This document shows, piece by piece, positions 31,108-38,982 of a DNA stretch of 64,000 nt (its first letter is position 1; the number at the start of each line of letters is the position of its first letter). The translations under genes and the position numbers were made by a program. Below the pieces are notes generated by a model, which ran no database searches, was not told where the DNA came from, and saw only the letters and a list, made by a program, of their open reading frames with translations. Source of the stretch: Cyclobacteriaceae bacterium (GTDB taxonomy: Bacteria > Bacteroidota > Bacteroidia > Cytophagales > Cyclobacteriaceae); assembly GCA_012033595.1 (NCBI GenBank), contig JAAUQL010000012.1:7208-71207 (forward strand). The letters are read 5' to 3'.

Positions 31108-31763
31108 TTAATAAATGGTTTTAAACTTAGGCGAGAATAAGGTATATCTGGTATTGGGCTGCCCGTTGGTTTCAGTAAATATGTGGATACGTCCTTGTCT
31201 AAAACCTGTAGGAACCTCTATAATTATGGAGTCAGAACTCGCAGTAAGCAATGTACTCAAATACTGTCCACTTTCTGTCAAAGGAATAAAAAAGCCATTC
31301 AATGCATCTTCATAAAGGATCAGGTATAGTTCCTCATTTGGGTTAAAATTTTTCCCAATCATTTTAATAATTGTTCCCGGGGGTCCTTCTTGAGGAATCA
31401 TTGCAGTAATTTCTGCCAAAGGATTTTCAGAAACAATTATAAGGATTGTATCAGCTAGCAGACCAGGGCTGGATACAATAAGTTCGGCCTTGGAATAAGT
31501 TGACAGTTTGGGGATGAAAAAGGATAAAGAAGTATCAGAAGCCGATATTGCTTCGGCAACAACACCATTTACCGCTATTCTGTTTTTTTCAAGCACCAGA
31601 CTAAATCGCCATGTACAGTAACCAACGTTCCCGTAGGGCCACCTAGAGGGTTTACATAGTATAAAGCTACGCAGCTAAGTCGACCGGGTTGCCAATCATT
31701 GTCTTCACATCCTGCACTTGCGAAGCAAAATCCAATTGCTAAAACAATAGCCAACAGACTCAT
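31108..31763 (-). CDS. IPT/TIG-domain lipoprotein (two IPT repeats), split by one homopolymer indel
   Basis: ORFs 31575..31826 (trimmed to Met22, MSLLAIVLAIGFCFASAGCEDN lipobox) and 31108..31596. Adding one base to the run at 31603-31605 gives VNPLGGPTGTLVTVHGDFSLVLEKNRIAVNGVVAEAISASDTSLSFFIP, a textbook IPT pattern. The second repeat is IPQEGPPGTIIKMIGKNF. Confidence 0.65.
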
Positions 31764-31898
31764 ATTTTTAGCTTCTTTTTCTCTAAAAACATTCGAGCCG
31801 TAATAAATTTTAAAGTGTGTTTGCATAACCTTTTAGTGTTTTAAGGTAATCTTAACATGTAATGAAAGAAATAATTAACTTCTTGCTTGTCATGTAAA

Positions 31899-31933
31899 TA
31901 CACACTAAAAACCATCTCCTACCCCCCCCTATC
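31899..31933 (-). repeat. copy 1 of a conserved 35-nt upstream element containing a G8 tract (minus-strand reading GATAGGGGGGGGTAGGAGATGGTTTTTAGTGTGTA)
   Basis: 31 of 35 positions are identical to the copy at 35496-35530, in the same orientation. It lies 73-136 nt upstream of the IPT/TIG gene and downstream of the hairpin at 32077-32097. Confidence 0.6.
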
Positions 31934-32076
31934 TGGACGAAAAATTTAAATATAGCAATTAACCCGAACTGAGGTTAATATTATTCCCCTATTTGCAGGT
32001 GTAAATCAGCTCAAGATCATGCTCACACAGTTATGCGTTACAATAGCTCAAAGATTAAGCTAATCTAGCATTAGAA

Positions 32077-32097
32077 GAGGCTCCTTCAAACAGCCTC
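32077..32097 (-). terminator. possible terminator hairpin after the lipoprotein paralog operon
   Basis: GAGGCT / AGCCTC, a 6-bp stem with a 9-nt loop, about 90 nt after the stop at 32188. The U-tract is weak. Confidence 0.3.
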
Positions 32098-32187
32098 CTA
32101 TCCCAACTGCATCATGGTGACAAAAAAAGTGATAGTTGCTATTACTTCGCTAAGTATAAATGGTATTTATTTAAATGCTAAATGTTT

Positions 32188-32898
32188 CTATTCAAACGAT
32201 ACAGTGATGACATTTGTCATTTGTACCCATGTTGAATAGCGTATCTCACCACTAGGCAATTCCTCATACGGCATTTCTTTTGGGTTTTTTGCATAAGCAA
32301 CCATATAAAGAGGTTGATTAAGAGGTAAATTCAATTCTTTAGGTGTCATCTTTTTTTCGAAGTGGGTCACAGGTTCTGAAAAACAACAATAGGCCACAGG
32401 GATTTGATATGACCATTTCTCTGTATCTACTTGTTTGCCGGTGGAAAAAAAAATCTTCATGTCGTAGTTGGATATAGGCGTGCTGGCAAATTGGAACACG
32501 AATGAAGCTCCGTCTTTGAATATCTCAAAGTTTTTGATTTGATAATCTGGCTTTTCGTACATTAAAAGCGGTAGATCCAGGAAAACCTGCTTTGGGCCAG
32601 GTGTCACCTCAAAACTGAAAACCTTCCTTATCCCCAAATCAGCCCTTTCAAAGGTAAGGTTATAGGTTCCTACAGGCACATTGGTCATTGAAAACCTTCC
32701 ATTATTGTTTGTTATAGCAATAATATCCGTATCGTCCAACTTAATTAAAATCCCAGCTTGTTCGGAGGATAGTTTACCGGCTTCATCCAATATCTGAACA
32801 AAACCAACAACACCACCATGCAATATTATGGTCTCTTGCCGGCAGCCGGTAAAAATAACTATACAAACCAGCCATAAATAGACGATAGTCTTTTTCAT
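32188..32898 (-). CDS. lipoprotein with carboxypeptidase-regulatory-like (CarboxypepD_reg) domain, paralog 3
   Basis: 236 aa with the lipobox IFTGCRQE. GGVVGFVQILDEAGK...ITNNNGRFSMTNVPVGTYNLTFERADLG is the CarboxypepD_reg pattern. The C-terminal beta domain carries PLYMVAYAKNP. Confidence 0.6.
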   Translation of the reverse strand: MKKTIVYLWLVCIVIFTGCRQETIILHGGVVGFVQILDEAGKLSSEQAGILIKLDDTDIIAITNNNGRFSMTNVPVGTYNLTFERADLGIRKVFSFEVTPGPKQVFLDLPLLMYEKPDYQIKNFEIFKDGASFVFQFASTPISNYDMKIFFSTGKQVDTEKWSYQIPVAYCCFSEPVTHFEKKMTPKELNLPLNQPLYMVAYAKNPKEMPYEELPSGEIRYSTWVQMTNVITVSFE

Positions 32899-32903
32899 TC
32901 AAA

Positions 32904-33659
32904 TCAAGGCATAAATGCTTCTGCCACGTTGGAACTACGTATGTTAGTCGTGTAATATACATTGTTGCCACTGACATTATCTATATAATAAAGTTCACAT
33001 GAGGAACAGGCATAGACTATGAGATAGATTTTTCTGGCTGCAAGCAATGCCTTGTCTTGGATTGGGAAATTAAACGTTACCCTTTCGACTCCTACACGAT
33101 TGCCTGTGACACCAGTTTGCAAGTAGAAGTTACTCGAAACGGCATCGCTGGTTGATAAAAAATACCTTGCACCGGTATAGCTAAGTTTTTTCGGATTGTA
33201 TAGCAGTTCCGAAGTTGCCGAAAAGTATGTTGACCCGTCTATCAGATAAATTTTCATTTTCAGGTTTGCCAGATAAATATGAGATTGGGCCACCAGGTTT
33301 ATCGTTTCTGATAATTGAGCTGTTTCTTCACCACCCACAAAAGCATATCCATATTTTTTGTAAGGATTAAAGCCCTCCTTTGAAAAGGTAATATCGTATG
33401 TTCCTGAAATCAACCCATACATAATGAAACCCCCATCTTTGTCTGAAAAGGTTTTGTGAATATTTTTGCCATTATCCATAGTTATTAGTACTCCTTCATG
33501 CGAATCACTATCTTTCCCAGCTGCATCTTTCAGAAATACTTCCCCTGCAAGACTTCCGTTGATCCCAACAACCTCTGTATTCTCCGAGCAAGCTACAAAA
33601 ACCAGCAAATAAAAAAGCATGTAAAAGTAATCGGCAATTTGAAACCTCAAGAAATTCAT
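32904..33659 (-). CDS. lipoprotein with CarboxypepD_reg domain, paralog 2
   Basis: ORF 32904..33767 trimmed to Met37 (MNFLRFQIADYFYMLFYLLVFVACSEN lipobox), which removes the overlap with the upstream gene. GSLAGEVFLKDAAGK...DKDGGFIMYGLISGTYDITFSKEGFN is present, and the C-terminal domain carries KIYLIVYACSS. Confidence 0.6.
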   Translation of the reverse strand: MNFLRFQIADYFYMLFYLLVFVACSENTEVVGINGSLAGEVFLKDAAGKDSDSHEGVLITMDNGKNIHKTFSDKDGGFIMYGLISGTYDITFSKEGFNPYKKYGYAFVGGEETAQLSETINLVAQSHIYLANLKMKIYLIDGSTYFSATSELLYNPKKLSYTGARYFLSTSDAVSSNFYLQTGVTGNRVGVERVTFNFPIQDKALLAARKIYLIVYACSSCELYYIDNVSGNNVYYTTNIRSSNVAEAFMP

Positions 33660-33660
33660 A

Positions 33661-34404
33661 TCATGGAATACATATGGTGAGAATTTCTGTTGGTGATCCC
33701 AATCCGGTGTATATCTTTTCTTGGTTTTCATTATAATGATTACCAAAATCCCTTCCATCCGCACCATAGGCTATCAAATACAAAGTGTCACCCGTAAAGA
33801 GTAAGGGCATAAACAGATGAACAGTGATCGAATTCACCACCCCGGGTATAACCAATAAATCATAACCCCTGGAACCGATGTACTCTTTCGATGACACCTT
33901 CGAAAGGTCACCAAGGAATAATTGAACACCTGCAACTGCCTTTTTGTGTGTACTCATTTCGGTTTCGATATCCATATTTATAATGATTAAATACTCATTT
34001 ACCGCTTCTACATTCATATTTTTTATCTCGGTCGCTGAGTGGTACATCGTCATTTTTGTGTTGAGATAAACGGGGGCTTTCCCACCCAAAAAAGGAATAG
34101 CTTCTATCTTGGCTGTATCGAAGCCATCTTTTGCAAAAAGAAATTTGTAGGTGCCGGTGGTCAGCTCATCGATCATAAAATCCCCCTGTTCATCGGTAAC
34201 GGCGATGGGCTCAGAAAGATCCGTTCCCACGTAAACCTTCACGTCTGCATGGTTGTCCAGCATGGATCCGGCACCATAGGTCTGTACATTCCCTTTAATG
34301 GTTCCTTTGAGCGCCAAGGGTTCCAGCCTTGTTTCCTGGCAGCTTGAGAAGATCAAGCTTGTCCACAAGCATAACATAACTGCTTTGCCGTGAATCATAG
34401 CCAT
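33661..34404 (-). CDS. lipoprotein with CarboxypepD_reg domain, paralog 1
   Basis: 247 aa with the lipobox LIFSSCQET. GTIKGNVQTYG...TDEQGDFMIDELTTGTYKFLFAKDGFD is present, and the C-terminal domain carries TLYLIAYGADG. Confidence 0.6.
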   Translation of the reverse strand: MAMIHGKAVMLCLWTSLIFSSCQETRLEPLALKGTIKGNVQTYGAGSMLDNHADVKVYVGTDLSEPIAVTDEQGDFMIDELTTGTYKFLFAKDGFDTAKIEAIPFLGGKAPVYLNTKMTMYHSATEIKNMNVEAVNEYLIIINMDIETEMSTHKKAVAGVQLFLGDLSKVSSKEYIGSRGYDLLVIPGVVNSITVHLFMPLLFTGDTLYLIAYGADGRDFGNHYNENQEKIYTGLGSPTEILTICIP

Positions 34405-34474
34405 AGTCTAACCTAAATTACTGATTCCATTATAATACAAACTTGAATACCTGCTATTTTATCCGCATTATGAC

Positions 34475-34522
34475 AAATATCGGATGTTTCACTCCTGACA
34501 TCAACTAAAACATCCGATATTT
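34475..34522. repeat. perfect 15-bp inverted repeat (AAATATCGGATGTTT ... AAACATCCGATATTT) with an 18-nt spacer
   Basis: The arms are at 34475-34489 and 34508-34522. It lies in the intergenic gap between the HU-DUF4469 gene stop (34626) and the first lipoprotein paralog start (34404). Confidence 0.7.
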
Positions 34523-34625
34523 AATGCATAAAAACTTAACGCAAAGGCTATGCGACCATGGGCAAACTGGCTCATCGACCATAGACGAACAAACAATGCG
34601 ACTATTAGCATATAACCATTACACT

Positions 34626-35324
34626 CTAACCCACTTTCAGGTTGGGTGCAAACACGCCAACCCTAAGTGTTTTACCATCATGGCGTGTATTGCGTACCTC
34701 CAGGCGATAATTACCTGCCGGCAGATCAGGAATCTTGAGGGTCAGCGTCTTTGGTTCATTGGTACGGATCAACGCTGTTTTTACCTCACTCCCGTCTGAC
34801 TGATTATGAAAAAAAACACCTTCCTCTTCCAGATTGTTATAGACCTTGAGCAATTGGCCTGAAATTTCCAGCACATCTCCAGGGCTCAGTTGGCTATCAG
34901 AAGTGTCACTGCCCCAATCATATACTCGATCTACTAGGGGCTGGTTCTGACGTACATCTACCTTTTTCAAGGTCACGCTGTCCACTGCACTGCTCACACC
35001 GGATTTCAGCTTAATACCTACGATCAGGGAATGTCGAGCAGGATCAAATTGGTCATCTTCGTTTTGGAACACCCCGCTTATGTCAAAGCGGGTGTTCACA
35101 TATGTGTCGCTATAGGCTTCTCCTTCCCGGATGTAACCGGTGATGGTGTCCCAGTAGGCATCAATTACCGCCTTTACCTCTGTAGGTTTGAGGATAGAGC
35201 CGGGACCGGTCACTTTTTTTATAAGGTCTTCCAGTTTATTGGTAGTGATATCCACAGGCCGGGCTATCTGGTCTTCAGGATCGTCTTGGGTGAGTTCGTT
35301 CGGGTAAAGTGCGTAATTCAACAT
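34626..35324 (-). CDS. Bacteroidota HU-like DNA-binding domain protein with C-terminal DUF4469 (Ig-like) domain
   Basis: 232 aa. The N-terminus MLNYALYPNELTQDDPEDQIARPV...LKPTEVKAVIDAYWDTITGYIREGEAY...NTRFDISGVFQNEDDQFDPARHSLIVGIKL fits the HU-HIG/CCDC81-like bacterial family. The C-terminus (TLTLKIPDLPAGNYRLEVRN) fits DUF4469. Confidence 0.7.
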   Translation of the reverse strand: MLNYALYPNELTQDDPEDQIARPVDITTNKLEDLIKKVTGPGSILKPTEVKAVIDAYWDTITGYIREGEAYSDTYVNTRFDISGVFQNEDDQFDPARHSLIVGIKLKSGVSSAVDSVTLKKVDVRQNQPLVDRVYDWGSDTSDSQLSPGDVLEISGQLLKVYNNLEEEGVFFHNQSDGSEVKTALIRTNEPKTLTLKIPDLPAGNYRLEVRNTRHDGKTLRVGVFAPNLKVG

Positions 35325-35495
35325 AGCTTTATTGGTTTTGAGGTGAACAAAAATAATATGACAAATGGATAGTTTATAACTGGCCTCAAACCTGCGGTGG
35401 GCAACTTACAAAAACTATAAACTCTGAAACCAAAAGGACAATGAGTTTACTGGTTTTTATAAAAGCATGCCACAGGATTTGACCCTTTTATTGAC

Positions 35496-35530
35496 TACAC
35501 ACCAAAAACCAACCTCTACCCCCCCCTATC
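35496..35530 (-). repeat. copy 2 of the conserved 35-nt G8-containing upstream element (minus-strand reading GATAGGGGGGGGTAGAGGTTGGTTTTTGGTGTGTA)
   Basis: 31 of 35 positions are identical to 31899-31933. It lies 172 nt upstream of the HU-DUF4469 start codon. Confidence 0.6.
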
Positions 35531-35609
35531 CTATAAAAAAATATGTCTTACATGCTTATAGCTGTATAGTTTACGTTAAAGACTACCATTAAGGGAGAAA
35601 AATCTGGCT

Positions 35610-36097
35610 TTACCATTTTTGATCAGGCCATTTAGCTAATGTCTGTTTCAAAACAGTATTCTCGAAGCTCGATTGCCAAGTAGCACTTTGTGGTAAAACA
35701 AGCGCTTTTGGCAAGCATCTGTTTAAATCATAGTATTTCTGCGATTTTTTGATAGGTGCTGTTGGTAGTTTTTTGATCAAATTCATTTTCATCACCTTTT
35801 CACATCTTCTACCTAAATTTGCTTGACGCTTGTGTACCGAATTGAAGCGTCTTTAAATTTTGCCAGTGTCGGGTTTCAGTTGTTCTTCTTCAAAGTCTGC
35901 GCCACTCCAGAAAAATAACCTTATTCCATCTTTTAGTTTACTATATCCGACTATCGGATTTTCGTCTAAAAACCATACAGGGTGTGCTTGTTTTCAGCAT
36001 TTGGAAGACTTTCAGAAATATGCGTAAATAAATAATTGCAAATCTCCTTATCTTCTTCTGATTGAGACTCATTGAAAACTTTTACTTCCTTGTTCAT
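35610..36097 (-). pseudogene. degraded DUF1801 (YdhG-like) gene
   Basis: Own translation from ATG at 36097: MNKEVKVFNESQSEEDKEICNYLFTHISESLPNAENKH.. then, after a frame change, HPVWFLDENPIVGYSKLKDGIRLFFWSGADFEEEQLKPDTGK.. then KFKDASIRYT... At least three frame changes plus an in-frame TAG are needed. The 3-prime end coincides with track ORF 35610..35795. Confidence 0.45.
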
Positions 36098-36107
36098 TTT
36101 CAGCCTG

Positions 36108-36593
36108 TTAATTAAGCTTAAAAATAAACGCTTCTATTTCAGTTTTCCTTGCATTGGCAAAACCCTTTTCAAAGCCTATTTTAACAAACCCACATTTTTC
36201 CAAAACCTTTTGCGAACCAAAATTATCAAAGGCAACACGACCGAAAATAGGTCTGCTTGTTTCAATCGCTAGAAATTTTTTTAATGCTAGTGTGGCAATA
36301 CCTTGTTTCCAAAATTTCCTCTCTATCCAATACGTAATTTCTGTTTTGCCTTCCACAACAAACTTAGCAATTCGACCTACAATATTACCGTCTAAAAGAA
36401 TTGTTTGATTGTTGACGGATGGGTCACTTAACAACTGTGTGTGCTTAGTTATGTAGGCATCTTTATCTGTCGGGTCTTTCGGCATAAATGCTGCCAAATA
36501 TCCACCTTCCTTGTCTAGTTGAAATTGAAACAGTACTTCTAAGTCTATAATTTCAGTTGCTCGTAGTAATATTTTTGTTGTGTCGTTCATCAT
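36108..36593 (-). CDS. GNAT family N-acetyltransferase (RimJ/RimL-like)
   Basis: ORF 36108..36635 trimmed to MMNDTTKILLRATE. The acetyl-CoA binding region is WIERKFWKQGIATLALKKFL. The size is typical. Confidence 0.75.
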   Translation of the reverse strand: MMNDTTKILLRATEIIDLEVLFQFQLDKEGGYLAAFMPKDPTDKDAYITKHTQLLSDPSVNNQTILLDGNIVGRIAKFVVEGKTEITYWIERKFWKQGIATLALKKFLAIETSRPIFGRVAFDNFGSQKVLEKCGFVKIGFEKGFANARKTEIEAFIFKLN

Positions 36594-36753
36594 TGTAGTT
36601 TGTGTCGGAACTGTATGTTTAAGGTCGTATTGCATCCGCTAATGGTATTGGAAGGTATTTCCCAAGCCGAACGGTTTAGTTCAACATCAAGCACCTATTC
36701 TGGCTAAGGCCGGAAAGCGATGCTTAAGTGTTAGTGGGTTGTTGTTTCTTTGG

Positions 36754-38070
36754 TTAGTTTTTTTCGTATTGTAGATTCATCCCTAATCCAAAGTAAACAT
36801 AAATTCCTTCACTAAAAGGTTTGCCCATTAAGTTTCCATATGACTTATAGCCAATATTTCCATTCATCGAAAACAGATTGCTTTTATCAGCCAGACCAAT
36901 TCCAGTTTGAATATTGATGTTATTCGTTTCGGTTCTTTCATTATTCCAATAATCAAATTGTCCATTTATTCTAATTCTGTCGGTTAAGATCAGGTTTCTA
37001 AATTCTGTTCCAAATCCTTTTGTTTGATGAAACATATTTCCTCCTGTTCTGTAATAAACACTAAATGCAGGCATCTTTTTTACACGGAAAAACATATCAA
37101 AGTAGTTTTCTATTCCATTTTCTCCCATGTTTGCCCTTACCGAAGGCATAAAAGATACATTTTTTACTGTAAGCATAAATGGTTTATAAAAAGTCTGCCC
37201 TTTTACCAAATACAATAAGGTCCCATAAATAAAATAAAGATTTGTGGGATCTAAAGCTGTCAGCAGGTATGCATACTTCATCCTACTATATTGGTCGTTT
37301 ATAAATTCATTTTGAGTATAAACACTCATATCAGGAAGCTTCTGTACCCACGTTGCATTATCATCTAAAAAGGCATCATAATAACCATAAGATTCTGTAA
37401 GAGCTAACACATAAGACACTGGATCGTTGGGGACAGGGTTTCTGCTAAAGTATTCAGCATTTTGTGTATAATATTTGTTGGGATTTTCCAGAAATGGCTT
37501 CACGTTGTTTTGCAGATAGATATACTGGTCGATTATTTTGCCGGCAAGCAGGTAGTTGCCCAAATAATTGGGTGAATATTCGGCAGAATAAAGTTGCTGA
37601 GTGGCATGATATGCAATTGTAGCTGTTACTTCCGGACCCGCAGCTACAATCATCTGTCTCTGAAGTACTGGCATATTTTGGGAAACTATAAATACATTGT
37701 CACCACCCAAACTCGGAAAATCAAGATTCAGTTTTGGCGTAACACCAAATTCCCTTGCTCTTAAATAGTGTCCGAAGTATTCGTGCGGAATAGTTGCATA
37801 CAACTGTGCTCCAAAATAAAATTGTACAAGTCCAAAGTTCCCAATTCTTGCAAACAGATTGGCTGATTTACTTTTCACCTTATTTTTTATAAGAAGACTT
37901 GTCTGGTCAAAAATCAATGAGCTAATGCCAATGACTGATTGGGAGCCTGATTCAATGTTTGGATTGGTTCCATATTGAATTTCGTAGTGCCTCGTGAATA
38001 TAGAGTCTTGCTGTGCAAAGACCTGAAAATTCAATAACGAAAGCGTGATAAAAAGAAATGTCCTTTTCAC
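36754..38070 (-). CDS. hypothetical secreted / outer-membrane protein
   Basis: 438 aa with a signal peptide (FITLSLLNFQVFAQQ) and an aromatic-rich, beta-strand-like C-terminus ending in F/Y-rich strands. Family not recognised. Confidence 0.5.
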   Translation of the reverse strand: MKRTFLFITLSLLNFQVFAQQDSIFTRHYEIQYGTNPNIESGSQSVIGISSLIFDQTSLLIKNKVKSKSANLFARIGNFGLVQFYFGAQLYATIPHEYFGHYLRAREFGVTPKLNLDFPSLGGDNVFIVSQNMPVLQRQMIVAAGPEVTATIAYHATQQLYSAEYSPNYLGNYLLAGKIIDQYIYLQNNVKPFLENPNKYYTQNAEYFSRNPVPNDPVSYVLALTESYGYYDAFLDDNATWVQKLPDMSVYTQNEFINDQYSRMKYAYLLTALDPTNLYFIYGTLLYLVKGQTFYKPFMLTVKNVSFMPSVRANMGENGIENYFDMFFRVKKMPAFSVYYRTGGNMFHQTKGFGTEFRNLILTDRIRINGQFDYWNNERTETNNINIQTGIGLADKSNLFSMNGNIGYKSYGNLMGKPFSEGIYVYFGLGMNLQYEKN

Positions 38071-38288
38071 GATATTAGGTTTATTGTATTGGTATAAAAA
38101 TAGAAATCATCAGATCAAAACCCATTGCCAGCTATTTCAATGCTTACTACGCTAACATTTAGCGGATACTGATGGCCTTATATATCTAAGGGGGTCTTTG
38201 TGAAGAATGGCTTTTATAAGTTCTTCCACGGAGAAAATGCTTTTATAATTCTCATCTATGATAAAACCCAACACTAATTTTTTTTTAA

Positions 38289-38768
38289 TTAATCCCAAAC
38301 ATATTTCCAAGTATCGTCATTTTGTTTTTTCCAAACTGTATGGTAAGTTCCTTTTATTTGCTTTACGTTTTGATAATGATCTTCAAATTCCCAAATGTAC
38401 TGTCCGTATGTGTAAGCTAAGTCGCCACATTCAGAGACATCTACAAAATCAGGTGTCCAGACAATCCTTACACCATCCAAATTCTTATTCTGATAATACA
38501 GTTTAATATTTTCTCTACCTGTAATGAGTGTATCATTTTCTCTTTTTATCACAGCGTTTTCATCAGCAAAAAAATAAAATGCTTCGGGAATCCCCTTCTC
38601 TTTTGTCATATCATAAAACTGCTTTTCTACCTGAACTATTTCATATTCAGTCATCTCGTTGTCTTTTGTATTTTGGCAACTGCTAAACAATGGAATGACA
38701 GCTATAAAATAATACATTGGCTGAATAACATTAAAGGTGCATTGGGGCTGTATTTTTTTCTCTTTCAT
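38289..38768 (-). CDS. SnoaL-like / DUF4440 (NTF2-fold) protein, probable lipoprotein
   Basis: 159 aa. An internal Met18 followed by the lipobox PLFSSCQN suggests a shorter true start near 38717. The pattern EKQFYDMTKEKG...AYTYGQY...GTYHTVWKKQNDDTWKYVWD is typical of DUF4440. Confidence 0.6.
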   Translation of the reverse strand: MKEKKIQPQCTFNVIQPMYYFIAVIPLFSSCQNTKDNEMTEYEIVQVEKQFYDMTKEKGIPEAFYFFADENAVIKRENDTLITGRENIKLYYQNKNLDGVRIVWTPDFVDVSECGDLAYTYGQYIWEFEDHYQNVKQIKGTYHTVWKKQNDDTWKYVWD

Positions 38769-38982
38769 TTTGAGCTAGTTTTTTTTTGGCTTAATAATGC
38801 TGGTCTATTTGTGATTATTGCAGGTTTCTCATTTTACTTAAAATCAAGGCCCCAAGTTCTTTATCGGAGGGGCTGGAACTATTTTTTGAATTCATAACCA
38901 TAAAGTTATTCTGCTGTCCGCATAGTAAAAAGTGGTATCCCTTTTTATCCCCCATTTCATAGTATCCATTTGCACCAAGTTT

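Noticed and set aside
36754-38070. HEYFGH in the 438-aa secreted protein as a zinc-metalloprotease HExxH motif.
   Set aside because: The spacing is HExxxH, not HExxH. No third ligand motif was recognisable, so I left the protein as hypothetical.
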